Source: Spirochaetia bacterium (lineage in GTDB: Bacteria; Spirochaetota; Spirochaetia; SZUA-6; Bin103). Taken from it: DNA of 64,000 nucleotides. Shown here in pieces: positions 43,120 through 54,632 of this stretch. How positions within the stretch are numbered: position 1 is the stretch's first letter; every line of letters begins with the position of its first letter. Under the pieces are notes generated by a model. That model did no database searches, was not told the origin of the DNA, and saw only the letters and a list, made by a program, of their open reading frames with translations. Both the position numbers and the translations under genes were made by a program. Location of the stretch: positions 384,001 to 448,000 of the forward strand of contig CBDBOV010000005.1 of the NCBI GenBank assembly GCA_965208575.1. The letters run 5' to 3'.

Positions 43120-43176
43120 GGCGTGACAAATTGGGGAAAGTTCGTGAATGCTGCGGTTATTTCGTGAATTCGTCGA
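43120..43176. promoter_or_regulatory. TTCGTGAA motif pair at a 20-bp period
   Basis: TTCGTGAA at 43141 and 43161; degenerate copies at 43120 and 43169. Confidence 0.5.
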
Positions 43177-43299
43177 TTTGTCCCGCTGCGGCAGAGTACG
43201 GACGCCAAGTATCGCTCGCACCTTGACGAAATCACGCACGGAATGACCTTCACTCGGGCAGGCGTCCGGCGCTTCGCCCGCGGCGGCGGCGCCGCGGTT

Positions 43300-43560
43300 G
43301 ACCTGGTCGGGATTCGCGCACGGGGAGAGCGTGAGGGCCGTCCGCACCAGGTCTGCCCGGCGCACGATCCCGAGCTTGGCGTGGATCGGCTTCAGCAGTT
43401 CTCGGACGGTGCTCGGTGCGAGGCGGCCGCGACGTCCCGTATGGTGAGGCCATCGGCAGGTGCGGTTGCGAACCGGCCCTCCGCGGGCGTCAGGCCGAGC
43501 GCCGCCGCTACGTGGTCCGGGTCGACTGCCGCTTGTGCCGCCGGATCCCCGATCGGTGCC
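43300..43560 (-). pseudogene. Remnant of a LuxR-type HTH regulator
   Basis: VDPDHVAAALGLTPAEGRFA..ADGLTIRDVAAA / PSTVRELLKPIHAKLGIVRRADLVR across a frameshift. Confidence 0.7.
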
Positions 43561-43845
43561 GGCGCCGCGCCGTGCCCGATACGGAAACCGCGGCTCCTGC
43601 GTCCGCGGGGGTAACGTGCCGCGCGAGCCGCGGCGACCCCGCCAGCCGCGCAACCGTCATTGAACCGCTCGCATCCGGGAGCCCGGAACGTGGCACGGCC
43701 CGAGAGGCGCGGCGATCGTCGGCGCGCGCCGGGCGGGCGCCGGGCCGCTATGCCTTCCGTTCAACCTTTTGTATACTATTGGCAGTTAACGGTTTTTCGC
43801 ACGGCCCCACCTCGCGGGCCCTCGACCTCATCTATCTGTACTTCT

Positions 43846-45861
43846 ATGACATTCCACGAGCTCGACCTTGATCCGAAGCTCCTGCAGGCGATTGACGAAC
43901 TGGGATTCACCCACTGTACGCCGGTGCAGGAGCAGACCTTCGTTTACAGTCTTATCGGTGCCGACGTGGCGGTCCAGTCGCAGACCGGCACCGGCAAGAC
44001 CGCCGCATTTCTGATCAGCATATTCCAGTTGTTCCTGGAGCAGCGCAGCCTCGATGACTGCGTCGCGCTGGTGGTCGCCCCCACCCGCGAACTCGCCGAC
44101 CAGATCGAAGACGACGCGCGCCTGCTCGGCAAGCACCTCGACGTTCCCATCGCCAGCTTCTACGGCGGGGTGGGCTACGCCAAGCAGGAGCGGGCACTGC
44201 AGGAGGGTGTGCGCCTGGCGATCGGCACCCCGGGGCGCCTGCTGGACTTCACCGAGCAGCGCAAGCTGGACCTGCGCAAGGTGGGCATCCTGGTGATCGA
44301 CGAGGCCGACCGCATGTTCGACATGGGATTCATCCCCGACCTGCGCCGGTTGATCCGGCAGATGCCGGGGCGGGACGAGCGCGTCACCATGTTGTACAGC
44401 GCCACCCTCTCGACGCGCGTCAAGACCCTGGCCTTCGACTACATGCGCAGCCCGGCCGAGATCACCATCACCCCGGAGCGGGTCACCGTCGACGAAATCT
44501 CGCAGGAGCTGTACCACGTCTCCCGCGAGCGCAAATTCAGCCTGTTGCTCGGCCTGATGGCGCGCGACCAGCCGGAAAACGCGCTGATCTTCACCAACAC
44601 CAAGCAGGCGGCGTTCGAACTCGCCACCCGCATGCAGCGCAATGGCCTCGCCTGCGAGTACATCATAGGCGACCTGCCGCAGAGCAAGCGGCAGAGCCTG
44701 ATCGACCAGTTGAAGGCGGGCGAGCTGCGCTACCTGGTGGCGACCGACGTGGCGGCGCGCGGCCTGCACATCGAGGGACTCGACCTGGTGGTCAATTACG
44801 AGCTTCCCGAGCACAGCGAGAACTACGTGCACCGAATTGGGCGCACCGCTCGCGCGGGGCGTAGCGGCAAGGCGGTCGCCCTGGCGTGCGAGGAGTGGGT
44901 GTTCGCGCTGCAGGGGATCGAGGAGTTCATCCGCAATCCGATACCGGTGTCCAAGGCCACCGACGACCTCTACCTGGAGGACATTACCGGCGGCGCGCGG
45001 CTCGGACACTACCTCGGGGGACGCGCTCGCGACGACCGCCGCCGTTCCGGCGCCGGCCGCGGCAGCGGGCGGGGTCCTGGCGGGCGCGGCGCCGGAGACC
45101 GCGGACGGCGCACTCCGGAGATGGTCGGCGCCGGCGGGGCGCGCGCCCGGCAGTCGCGCAGTGCCCGCCCCGAAGCGGCTCCCGCGGCGGCCCGCGATCG
45201 CACGCCGGGGGCACGCGCGCAGCACGCGCAACGCACCGAGCACAATGGCGCGGCGTCCGGTACTCGCGCAGGGTCCGGCACGCCGCGCGGGTCCGATACG
45301 GGCCGCGTGGCCGAGGGAGGCCGCGGGCGCAGCCGGAGCCGCAGCCGCGGACGCCGGAGCGGCGGCGCACCACGGTCGGCGGCCGGCGCCGTGTCCGCCG
45401 CCGGTGACGCGCCGGTGGCCGGCAACCGGCCGCCCGGCGACCGCGCGAATCGCGGCACACCCGCGCAGCGCAGCGGCGGCGATCGGACCCGGGGTGCCGG
45501 GCGGCCGGCGTCCGGGAACGGCAGCCGATCGCGGCCCCGTACTGCGGAGGAGCGCCTCGCCTACTACCGGGAGAAGTACGGCGAGGACTTCAAGGTGGTA
45601 GAGAAGCCCGCGGCACCGGCCAGGAGCCAAACCGAGGCGCCGGCCGGGAGGCAAACCGCGACACCTCCCAGGAGGCAAACCGCGACACCTCCCAGGAGGC
45701 AAACCGCGACACCTCCCAGGAGGCAAACCGCGGCACCGGCCGGGAGCCAGACGGAGTCGGCGCCCGCCGCGGTCAGCGAGCACGCGCCGGACAAGGCACG
45801 CGGGTTTTTCTCGCGCCTGCTCGGCCGGCGCTCGCGCGCGGCACGCAAGTCGGGCGCCTGA
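43846..45861 (+). CDS. DEAD-box RNA helicase (RhlB-like) with a long R/G-rich tail
   Basis: QTGTGKT, PTRELA, DEAD, SAT, ARGLHI, HRIGRTAR. Confidence 0.93.
   Translation: MTFHELDLDPKLLQAIDELGFTHCTPVQEQTFVYSLIGADVAVQSQTGTGKTAAFLISIFQLFLEQRSLDDCVALVVAPTRELADQIEDDARLLGKHLDVPIASFYGGVGYAKQERALQEGVRLAIGTPGRLLDFTEQRKLDLRKVGILVIDEADRMFDMGFIPDLRRLIRQMPGRDERVTMLYSATLSTRVKTLAFDYMRSPAEITITPERVTVDEISQELYHVSRERKFSLLLGLMARDQPENALIFTNTKQAAFELATRMQRNGLACEYIIGDLPQSKRQSLIDQLKAGELRYLVATDVAARGLHIEGLDLVVNYELPEHSENYVHRIGRTARAGRSGKAVALACEEWVFALQGIEEFIRNPIPVSKATDDLYLEDITGGARLGHYLGGRARDDRRRSGAGRGSGRGPGGRGAGDRGRRTPEMVGAGGARARQSRSARPEAAPAAARDRTPGARAQHAQRTEHNGAASGTRAGSGTPRGSDTGRVAEGGRGRSRSRSRGRRSGGAPRSAAGAVSAAGDAPVAGNRPPGDRANRGTPAQRSGGDRTRGAGRPASGNGSRSRPRTAEERLAYYREKYGEDFKVVEKPAAPARSQTEAPAGRQTATPPRRQTATPPRRQTATPPRRQTAAPAGSQTESAPAAVSEHAPDKARGFFSRLLGRRSRAARKSGA
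45608..45765 (+). repeat. 24-bp coding tandem repeat (RRQTATPP), three near-perfect copies plus degenerate flanks
   Basis: AGGCAAACCGCGACACCTCCCAGG units. Confidence 0.88.
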
Positions 45862-45874
45862 TCAGCCGGGACAG

Positions 45875-46720
45875 GTGAGCGCCCGCGTCATCAAGGGCGG
45901 GCCGGTTGCGGCGCGCATCCGGGCCGAGGTGAAGGCCGCGGTCGGCGAAGTGCCGCCGGTACTGCAGGTGCTGCTCGCCGGCGACGACCCCGGTTCACGC
46001 TGGTACGCCCAGGCCAAGGCGAAGCTCGGCGCCCGACTCGGCATCACCGTGCAGTTGGAGCGGTTTCCGGCGACCTGCACGAGTTCCGCATTACTGGCGT
46101 CGATCGCGCACTGGAACGAGGATCCTTCCATACACGGCATACTGGTGGAATTGCCGCTGCCCGCGGGCGTGGACAAGGCGCGGGTGCTGGCGGCGATCGA
46201 TCCGCGCAAGGACGTGGACGGGGTCACGCCGGCGAACCGCGGCCTGCTGTTCGGCGCCGCCGAGCAGCGCGCCCTGTTGCCGGCTACGCCGCTGGCCTGT
46301 CTGGAGCTGCTCGCAGAAGTACCGGTCCGGCCGGAGGGCAAGCTCGCCGCCGTGGTGGGCCGCGGCGACACGGTCGGGCGCCCGCTGGCCGCGCTGCTGG
46401 TGACCCGCCATGCAACCGTCACCGTGTGTCACACCCGCACGCCCGACCTCGCGGCGGTGGTGCGCAACGCCGACTTGGTATTCGCCGCCGCCGGGCGGCC
46501 CGGTGTGGTCACCGGCGCAATGATCCGCCCAGGCGCCACCGTGATCGACGCCGGCATCACCGAGGTGGACGGTGGACTGGCGGGAGACGTGGAGTGGGAG
46601 ACGGTCACCGCGGTGGCCGGCGCGGTCACCCCGGTACCGGGCGGGGTGGGCTCGGTGACCACCTCGATCATCATGCGCAACGTGCTGCGCGCCCGCGCGC
46701 TGCAGCGCGAACACGAATGA
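45875..46720 (+). CDS. folD: Methylenetetrahydrofolate dehydrogenase/cyclohydrolase
   Basis: KDVDG, PATP, GRG..VGRP, TPVPGGVG. Confidence 0.92.
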   Translation: MSARVIKGGPVAARIRAEVKAAVGEVPPVLQVLLAGDDPGSRWYAQAKAKLGARLGITVQLERFPATCTSSALLASIAHWNEDPSIHGILVELPLPAGVDKARVLAAIDPRKDVDGVTPANRGLLFGAAEQRALLPATPLACLELLAEVPVRPEGKLAAVVGRGDTVGRPLAALLVTRHATVTVCHTRTPDLAAVVRNADLVFAAAGRPGVVTGAMIRPGATVIDAGITEVDGGLAGDVEWETVTAVAGAVTPVPGGVGSVTTSIIMRNVLRARALQREHE

Positions 46721-46797
46721 GACCGGACGGACGCAGACCGGCCATGCGAACCGGCAGGAGCAGCAGCGGGAACACCATTCGGCGGGGGCAACACGAG

Positions 46798-47445
46798 ATG
46801 GCTGACGAACAGGACGCCGGGCAGCTCCTCGATCTGCCGGTCGGCGAGTTGCTCGCTCGCACCGCTTCGGCGTCGCCAACGCCGGGCGGCGGCTCGGTGG
46901 CGGCGGTGACCGGCGCGCTGGCAAGCGCGCTGGTAGCAATGGTGGCCCGGCTGACGGACCGCAAGAAGGGCTACGAGCAGGCGTGGGAGCTTGCCGGCGA
47001 GTCGGTCGATCGCGCTGACCGGCTCACGGCGGACCTGCAGGCCGCCGCGCTGGAAGACGTGCGCAGCTTCGAGGCATACATGGCCGCGCTGCGCCTGCCG
47101 AAAGGGTCGCCGGAGGAGCGGCAGGCGCGCCGTGCAGCCCTGGCAGCGGCCACCCGCCGCGCTACCGCGGCGCCGTTGGCGATTGCCGCCGCGTGCGCCG
47201 AGATACTGCACGTGGCCGAACGGCTGGCGCCGGTGGCGAACCGGCACGCCGTGTCGGACATCGGCGCGGCGGCCCACCTGGCTGCCGCCGCGGCCGGCGC
47301 AGCCCTGCTGACCGCGGAGATAAACCTCGGATCCGCTCCAGAAGGTGCATTTTTCGCAGAGGCACGTGAGCAGACGGCCAAATTACGCTCTAATGTCACC
47401 AAAACATCATCACTCGTCATAAAGTCCGTCGAAAATAGCATTTAG
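46798..47445 (+). CDS. fchA: Cyclodeaminase/cyclohydrolase (FTCD C-terminal/FchA family)
   Basis: SASPTPGGGSVAA, MVARLT, A..LPK, SD...AA, EINL. Confidence 0.8.
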   Translation: MADEQDAGQLLDLPVGELLARTASASPTPGGGSVAAVTGALASALVAMVARLTDRKKGYEQAWELAGESVDRADRLTADLQAAALEDVRSFEAYMAALRLPKGSPEERQARRAALAAATRRATAAPLAIAAACAEILHVAERLAPVANRHAVSDIGAAAHLAAAAAGAALLTAEINLGSAPEGAFFAEAREQTAKLRSNVTKTSSLVIKSVENSI

Positions 47446-47602
47446 ATTGACATAAACTTCTCATCTATCCATTCCTTGGGCCGATTTAATTGGCCACAGT
47501 GAGAAATTGACCGGAAAACCGGATGATTTTCTCCCTCAGTGCTTGCCATGACGAGCGAAACCAGTCATATTCTCCTCTCTAATCGATCGAGGAGGGCGAC
47601 CC

Positions 47603-49333
47603 ATGGCATCATTGGATCAAAATGGCTACGATGGTGGCCAGGCATTGGTGAAGGCGCTGGAAAACGAGGGCATTGAGTACCTGTTCGGGCTCTCCGGCGG
47701 GGCGGCGCTGCCGATTTTCGACGCACTGGTCTCGACCGACAACAAGATGAAGTTCGTCCTGGTGCGGCATGAGCAGGGCGGCAGCCACATGGCCGACGGC
47801 TACGCCCGCGCCACCGGCAAGCCGGCCGTGGTGCTGGTCACCAGCGGCCCGGGCGCCACCAACACGCTGACCGGGATCATGACCGCGCACATGGATTCGG
47901 TGCCGATGCTGGTGGTAACCGGCCAGCAGGTCACCGGCATGCTCGGCAAGGACGCCTTCCAGGAGGCGGACATCTTCGGCATCACCATGCCGATCGTGAA
48001 GCACAGCTACCTGGTCAAGGACACCGACGCCATCCCGCGCATCGTGCGCGAGGCGTACCACATTGCCACCACCGGGCGGCCCGGGCCGGTACTGATCGAC
48101 GTGCCCAAGGACGTGAGCCAGGCGATGATGGGCAACGGCTCCTACCAGGCGATGGACATCCCCGGCTACGAGGTGCCCGAGGAAGGCGACCGCGACGTGA
48201 TCGTGCAGGCGGCCGCGGCTCTCAACGAGGCGAAGCGGCCGGTTATCCTGGTCGGCCACGGCGCACTTATCGCCAAGGCCTCCGACTCGGTGCGCCGCCT
48301 GGCGGAGCGCCTGCAGGCGCCGGTCACCACCACGCTGCTCGGCAAGGGCGCGTTCCCGGAGACCCACCCGCTGTCGCTGGGCATGCTCGGCATGCACGGC
48401 ACCGCCTACGCCAACAAGGCGATGGTGGAGTGCGACCTGGTGATGTCGATCGGGTCCCGCTTCGACGACCGCATCATCGGCCAGCCGCACCGCTTCTGCC
48501 GCAACGCGACGGTGATTCACGTCGACATCGATCCCGGTGAGAACGGCAAGATGATCCGGCCCGACCACTTCATCCAGGGGGACGCGCGGCTCGTGGTGGA
48601 GGAGTTGATCAAGCACGTCACCCGCCTCGACACCGAGGCCTGGCTGCACCGGCTCGACCGCTACAAGGTCAAGTTCCCGCTCAAGTACCGCAAACAGGGC
48701 GGCCTCAAGATGCAGCACATCATCGATGAGTTGTACAAGCTCACCGAGGGCAAGGCGATCGTCTCCACCGACGTGGGCCAGCACCAGATGTGGGCGGCGC
48801 AATTCTACAAGACCGACTACCCCGAGAACTGGCTCAGCTCCGGCGGCGCCGGCACCATGGGGTACGGCTTCCCGGCGGCCATCGGCGCCCAGTTCGGGCG
48901 GCCCGACGACCCGGTGCTGGCGATCGTCGGCGACGGCGGCTTTCAGATGACCATGTGCGAGCTGGCCACGGCGTGCATCCACCGGCTGCCGGTCAAGGTG
49001 ATCGTGCTCAACAACCACTACCTGGGCATGGTGCGGCAGTGGCAGGAGCTGTTCTACGACGAGCGCGAGAGCGGCGTCGACCTGGAGGGCAACCCCGACT
49101 TCGCCAAGCTGGCCGAGTCGTTCGGGGCCAAGGGCTTCACCCTGCGCCGCCCCGGCGACGTGCGTCGCATCCTGACCAAGGCGCTGGAATACAACGACGG
49201 CCCGTGCGTGATCAACGCCGAGGTGGAGAAGACCGACAACGTGTTCCCGATGATCCCGGCCGGCAGCGCCCTGGAAGACATGATCGTGGAGCCGCCCAAG
49301 GTGAAGCTCGCCAAGCCCACCGGTTCGACCTAG
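47603..49333 (+). CDS. ilvB: Acetolactate synthase large subunit
   Basis: [37 protein letters not shown]. Confidence 0.95.
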   Translation: MASLDQNGYDGGQALVKALENEGIEYLFGLSGGAALPIFDALVSTDNKMKFVLVRHEQGGSHMADGYARATGKPAVVLVTSGPGATNTLTGIMTAHMDSVPMLVVTGQQVTGMLGKDAFQEADIFGITMPIVKHSYLVKDTDAIPRIVREAYHIATTGRPGPVLIDVPKDVSQAMMGNGSYQAMDIPGYEVPEEGDRDVIVQAAAALNEAKRPVILVGHGALIAKASDSVRRLAERLQAPVTTTLLGKGAFPETHPLSLGMLGMHGTAYANKAMVECDLVMSIGSRFDDRIIGQPHRFCRNATVIHVDIDPGENGKMIRPDHFIQGDARLVVEELIKHVTRLDTEAWLHRLDRYKVKFPLKYRKQGGLKMQHIIDELYKLTEGKAIVSTDVGQHQMWAAQFYKTDYPENWLSSGGAGTMGYGFPAAIGAQFGRPDDPVLAIVGDGGFQMTMCELATACIHRLPVKVIVLNNHYLGMVRQWQELFYDERESGVDLEGNPDFAKLAESFGAKGFTLRRPGDVRRILTKALEYNDGPCVINAEVEKTDNVFPMIPAGSALEDMIVEPPKVKLAKPTGST

Positions 49334-49373
49334 CGGCTACGGAGAAGGCAAGGCAATGGACCAAGGCAAGGCA

Positions 49374-49871
49374 ATGGACAACGGATCGATACACACGCTC
49401 AGTGCCCTGGTGGCCAACAAGCCCGGCGTGCTGGCGCGCATCGCCCAGGTGTTCGCGCGCCGCGGCTTCAACATCGAGTCGCTGGTGGTGTCGCCGTCCA
49501 AGGATGGCGACTACTCGCGCATGACCATCGGCACGACCGGCGCGCAGGGCGGCCTCGATCAGATTCTGGCCCAGGTCAACAAGCTGGTGGACGTGCTGCA
49601 CTGCTACGATCACACATTCGACAACGCCGTGGTGCGCGAGTTGGCGCTGGTCAAGGTGGCGGTCGGCACCGGTGAGCGCACCGAGGCGCTGCAGATCGCC
49701 CAGCACTTCGGCTGCCGGACCGAGGACCTGACCGAGGAGTCGATGATCGTGATGGGCACCGGCGCCACCGAGAAGATCGACGCCCTGATCAGCATGCTGC
49801 GCAAGTTCACCATCGTCGAAATGGTGCGCACCGGCAAGGTAGTGATGGTCCGCGGCGAAGGCTCCACCTGA
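49374..49871 (+). CDS. ilvN: Acetolactate synthase small subunit (alternative start at 49356)
   Basis: NKPGVLARIA..F.RRGFNIESL ACT domain; RELALVKV. Confidence 0.93.
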   Translation: MDNGSIHTLSALVANKPGVLARIAQVFARRGFNIESLVVSPSKDGDYSRMTIGTTGAQGGLDQILAQVNKLVDVLHCYDHTFDNAVVRELALVKVAVGTGERTEALQIAQHFGCRTEDLTEESMIVMGTGATEKIDALISMLRKFTIVEMVRTGKVVMVRGEGST

Positions 49872-49960
49872 CCCTGACGCCGCCACCCATCCGCCATGTC
49901 ACTCGATCCCGAACGGACAGGCTACGCTGCCGCCTCGCCCCGGCGACTGAAGGTGTGGGA

Positions 49961-50638
49961 CTACTCGGGTCGCTGTGATGGTCCGCTGTCGGTGGGGTCA
50001 AGCTGGCGCTCCGGATCTCCTTGGCCCGGTGCGCTGAATGCCTTGCGCAATTCCTTCCCGCGACCGGTCGATCCGGGGAATTGAATACCCTGCCCGACTA
50101 CCAAGTCGACAACATCGTAAGTTAGATCGGCTGCACTACGACGGATTTGCGAGAGGTCACTCATGGAGAAACACCGAGACGTGCTCTGACGCCACTCCTT
50201 CTTTCTCCAGTAGCGCAGGGTGGCGATGCCGAGATCCGAGTCATAATCGACCCATGCGCCATGGCACAGCGCGTTACGCTCTTCCGTGACACGCTGCAAC
50301 CCGTTCTGGATCGCATCAAGGATGGTTGCGGGGTAACGCTCATCGTCCTTGAGCACGGTTACCAATCTGTCTGCCAGATTCTTGAGGGTCTCATTCAGCG
50401 AAGTCTCAAGGTCGCTCTGCCACGTGGCGAACGCTGTCTCCGCCTGCTCAACGGTCCGATAGGTGCGGGTAGCCGTGAGGGCCAGATTCGCTCGTTTCAG
50501 GCAGTCCTCAAGAAAAGCAAGCGTGCCGATCGTTCGTCCCAACTCCTCCCAAAACACGGAAGGAATCCTATGTGTAGGCCATTCGTCCGGCATCCGCTCG
50601 CGGTCGATCTCGAAGCGTCGCGGTTCGTTGCTGCTCAT
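49961..50638 (-). CDS. Hypothetical protein (possibly HEPN-like)
   Basis: Lower-GC ORF with a plausible composition; ERNALCHG resembles an Rx4H motif. Confidence 0.6.
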   Translation of the reverse strand: MSSNEPRRFEIDRERMPDEWPTHRIPSVFWEELGRTIGTLAFLEDCLKRANLALTATRTYRTVEQAETAFATWQSDLETSLNETLKNLADRLVTVLKDDERYPATILDAIQNGLQRVTEERNALCHGAWVDYDSDLGIATLRYWRKKEWRQSTSRCFSMSDLSQIRRSAADLTYDVVDLVVGQGIQFPGSTGRGKELRKAFSAPGQGDPERQLDPTDSGPSQRPE

Positions 50639-50782
50639 TGGCGACTTAGGAGAATAGCGCCTAGGTGCCGGCGGTCGCAACGCCGCGGAGCCGTTGGCGA
50701 GCCGTTGGCGGCGGTGCGATCGCGTATGACGTCGTTCTGTCGCGCGGCTGGTTCTCTCGCCGGGCGCAATACGTGTGACCGC

Positions 50783-51268
50783 TCAACGCGCTTCCCCTGC
50801 CAGCTCAAGCGTTGCTTGGCGGGTCCGGTCGCTCAACCAGAAACCGGACTGCTCCAGATCGTCCAATACTGCCTTGACCGACGGGATCATGGCCCGTTGC
50901 TTCGCGAAGAGTACCATGCCCAGGGTGCCCGTGAATCTCATCCCCTGCCTCTCTGCATAGCGCCGGGCAAGCATGTCGTCCAACAGCAGCACGGCTTGCG
51001 GCACATGCATCCCCAACGCGAGTACTGCCCGTTCGCCTGCTCCCAGCCCGCGGACGAGCCGGGGTAAACGGTATTGTGTCGAAACGATGGTGACCCAATC
51101 GAGATCCTCCGGCCTTGGAAGCGGCACGTTGCGCCGCCTGCCCTCTTCCAGTTCATCGGCGACTGCCTCCGGTACGAGCACTTGATGGAACCGCGCCGCC
51201 ACCGCGTCCAGAAGGTCGACCTGAAACAGATACTGGAGTGGGGAGGTGTTACAGATGACCTCGGGCAA
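50783..51268 (-). CDS. DUF3368 PIN-like protein
   Basis: ICNTSPL, VPEAVADE, LGAGE, LLDD..AR, GTLG. Confidence 0.85.
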   Translation of the reverse strand: MPEVICNTSPLQYLFQVDLLDAVAARFHQVLVPEAVADELEEGRRRNVPLPRPEDLDWVTIVSTQYRLPRLVRGLGAGERAVLALGMHVPQAVLLLDDMLARRYAERQGMRFTGTLGMVLFAKQRAMIPSVKAVLDDLEQSGFWLSDRTRQATLELAGEAR

Positions 51269-51539
51269 CGGCCAAGTCCCGCCGTAACTCTTCGACCTCC
51301 TGGATGAAAGTGTCGACTCCAAACTCGGAGAGCTTCGTCAAGAAGAGAGGCTTCGGTACGCCCGCCCACTCCGCTGCGGCCCCGGTGGACATCAAGCCCT
51401 TCCGGTAGAGACCAACAGCCGCTTCGATACGGGCGTTCTCCAAGAACTGGTCCGGCATGAGGTCCGGCGCGCGATAGTCCTCAACGATTGCCGACACGTA
51501 CGACCTCCTTCGTCCGGTGCCGCCTGCTGCAGCCGCCAT
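51249..51539 (-). CDS. UPF0175-family protein (putative antitoxin partner)
   Basis: AVGLYRKG.MSTGAAAEWAGV...FL; overlaps the DUF3368 start. Confidence 0.8.
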   Translation of the reverse strand: MAAAAGGTGRRRSYVSAIVEDYRAPDLMPDQFLENARIEAAVGLYRKGLMSTGAAAEWAGVPKPLFLTKLSEFGVDTFIQEVEELRRDLAVARGHL

Positions 51540-51577
51540 CTACCGAGTAATTGTGCTTATAATAGGGTAACACGACC

Positions 51578-54085
<2,508 letters not shown>

Positions 54086-54154
54086 CGCGCTGGCCGAGAA
54101 CTCCTCCTGCGATGAAGGACAAATGATGACGCAGCCCTTTTTCGAGGTATCTGT

Positions 54155-54625
54155 ATGGTAGCGTACCGCTATGGCGGCGCGCGGGCGCTGGTGCGGCTGC
54201 ACGAGCGGCACCTGTGGGAGTTCTGGGCTACTTGGTGCGAGGCGCGCAGCGCGGGGGTCGAGCTGCCCGACACCGACGACCCGAACTACGCCTCGCTGGA
54301 GGTACTGCTGCACCACGTGCTGCTGTGCGCGCGCGGCTACCTGCAGTGGATGTGCACGCAGTTGGAGCTGCCCGATCCCGGCATCGACCCGCCGCCGACG
54401 CCGGAGCGGGCGCCGGACGAGGCGGCCGGCTACCTGACCCACCTGCTGGGGCGCTGGCGCGACCCGCTGCGCGAGGTGCCGCGCGAGGCGTATCGCAAGC
54501 CGGTGACGCAGGCGCTCACCGCCACCAACGTGGAGGCGATGCTGGAGCACGCCGTGATGCACCCGATCCGGCACAGCTTCCAGTTGCGCAACCTGCTCGC
54601 GGCCGGGCAGGCGCGGCAGGAGTAG
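54155..54625 (+). CDS. DinB-like hypothetical protein
   Basis: LLHHV and LEHAVMHPIRH histidine pattern. Confidence 0.6.
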   Translation: MVAYRYGGARALVRLHERHLWEFWATWCEARSAGVELPDTDDPNYASLEVLLHHVLLCARGYLQWMCTQLELPDPGIDPPPTPERAPDEAAGYLTHLLGRWRDPLREVPREAYRKPVTQALTATNVEAMLEHAVMHPIRHSFQLRNLLAAGQARQE

Positions 54626-54632
54626 GATCGAG

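Noticed and set aside
47446-47602. ilvB leader peptide or T-box attenuator
   Set aside because: AT-rich with promoter-like hexamers (TTGACA 47447, TTGCCA 47543), but no Ile/Leu/Val-rich peptide, T-box motif or terminator is visible.
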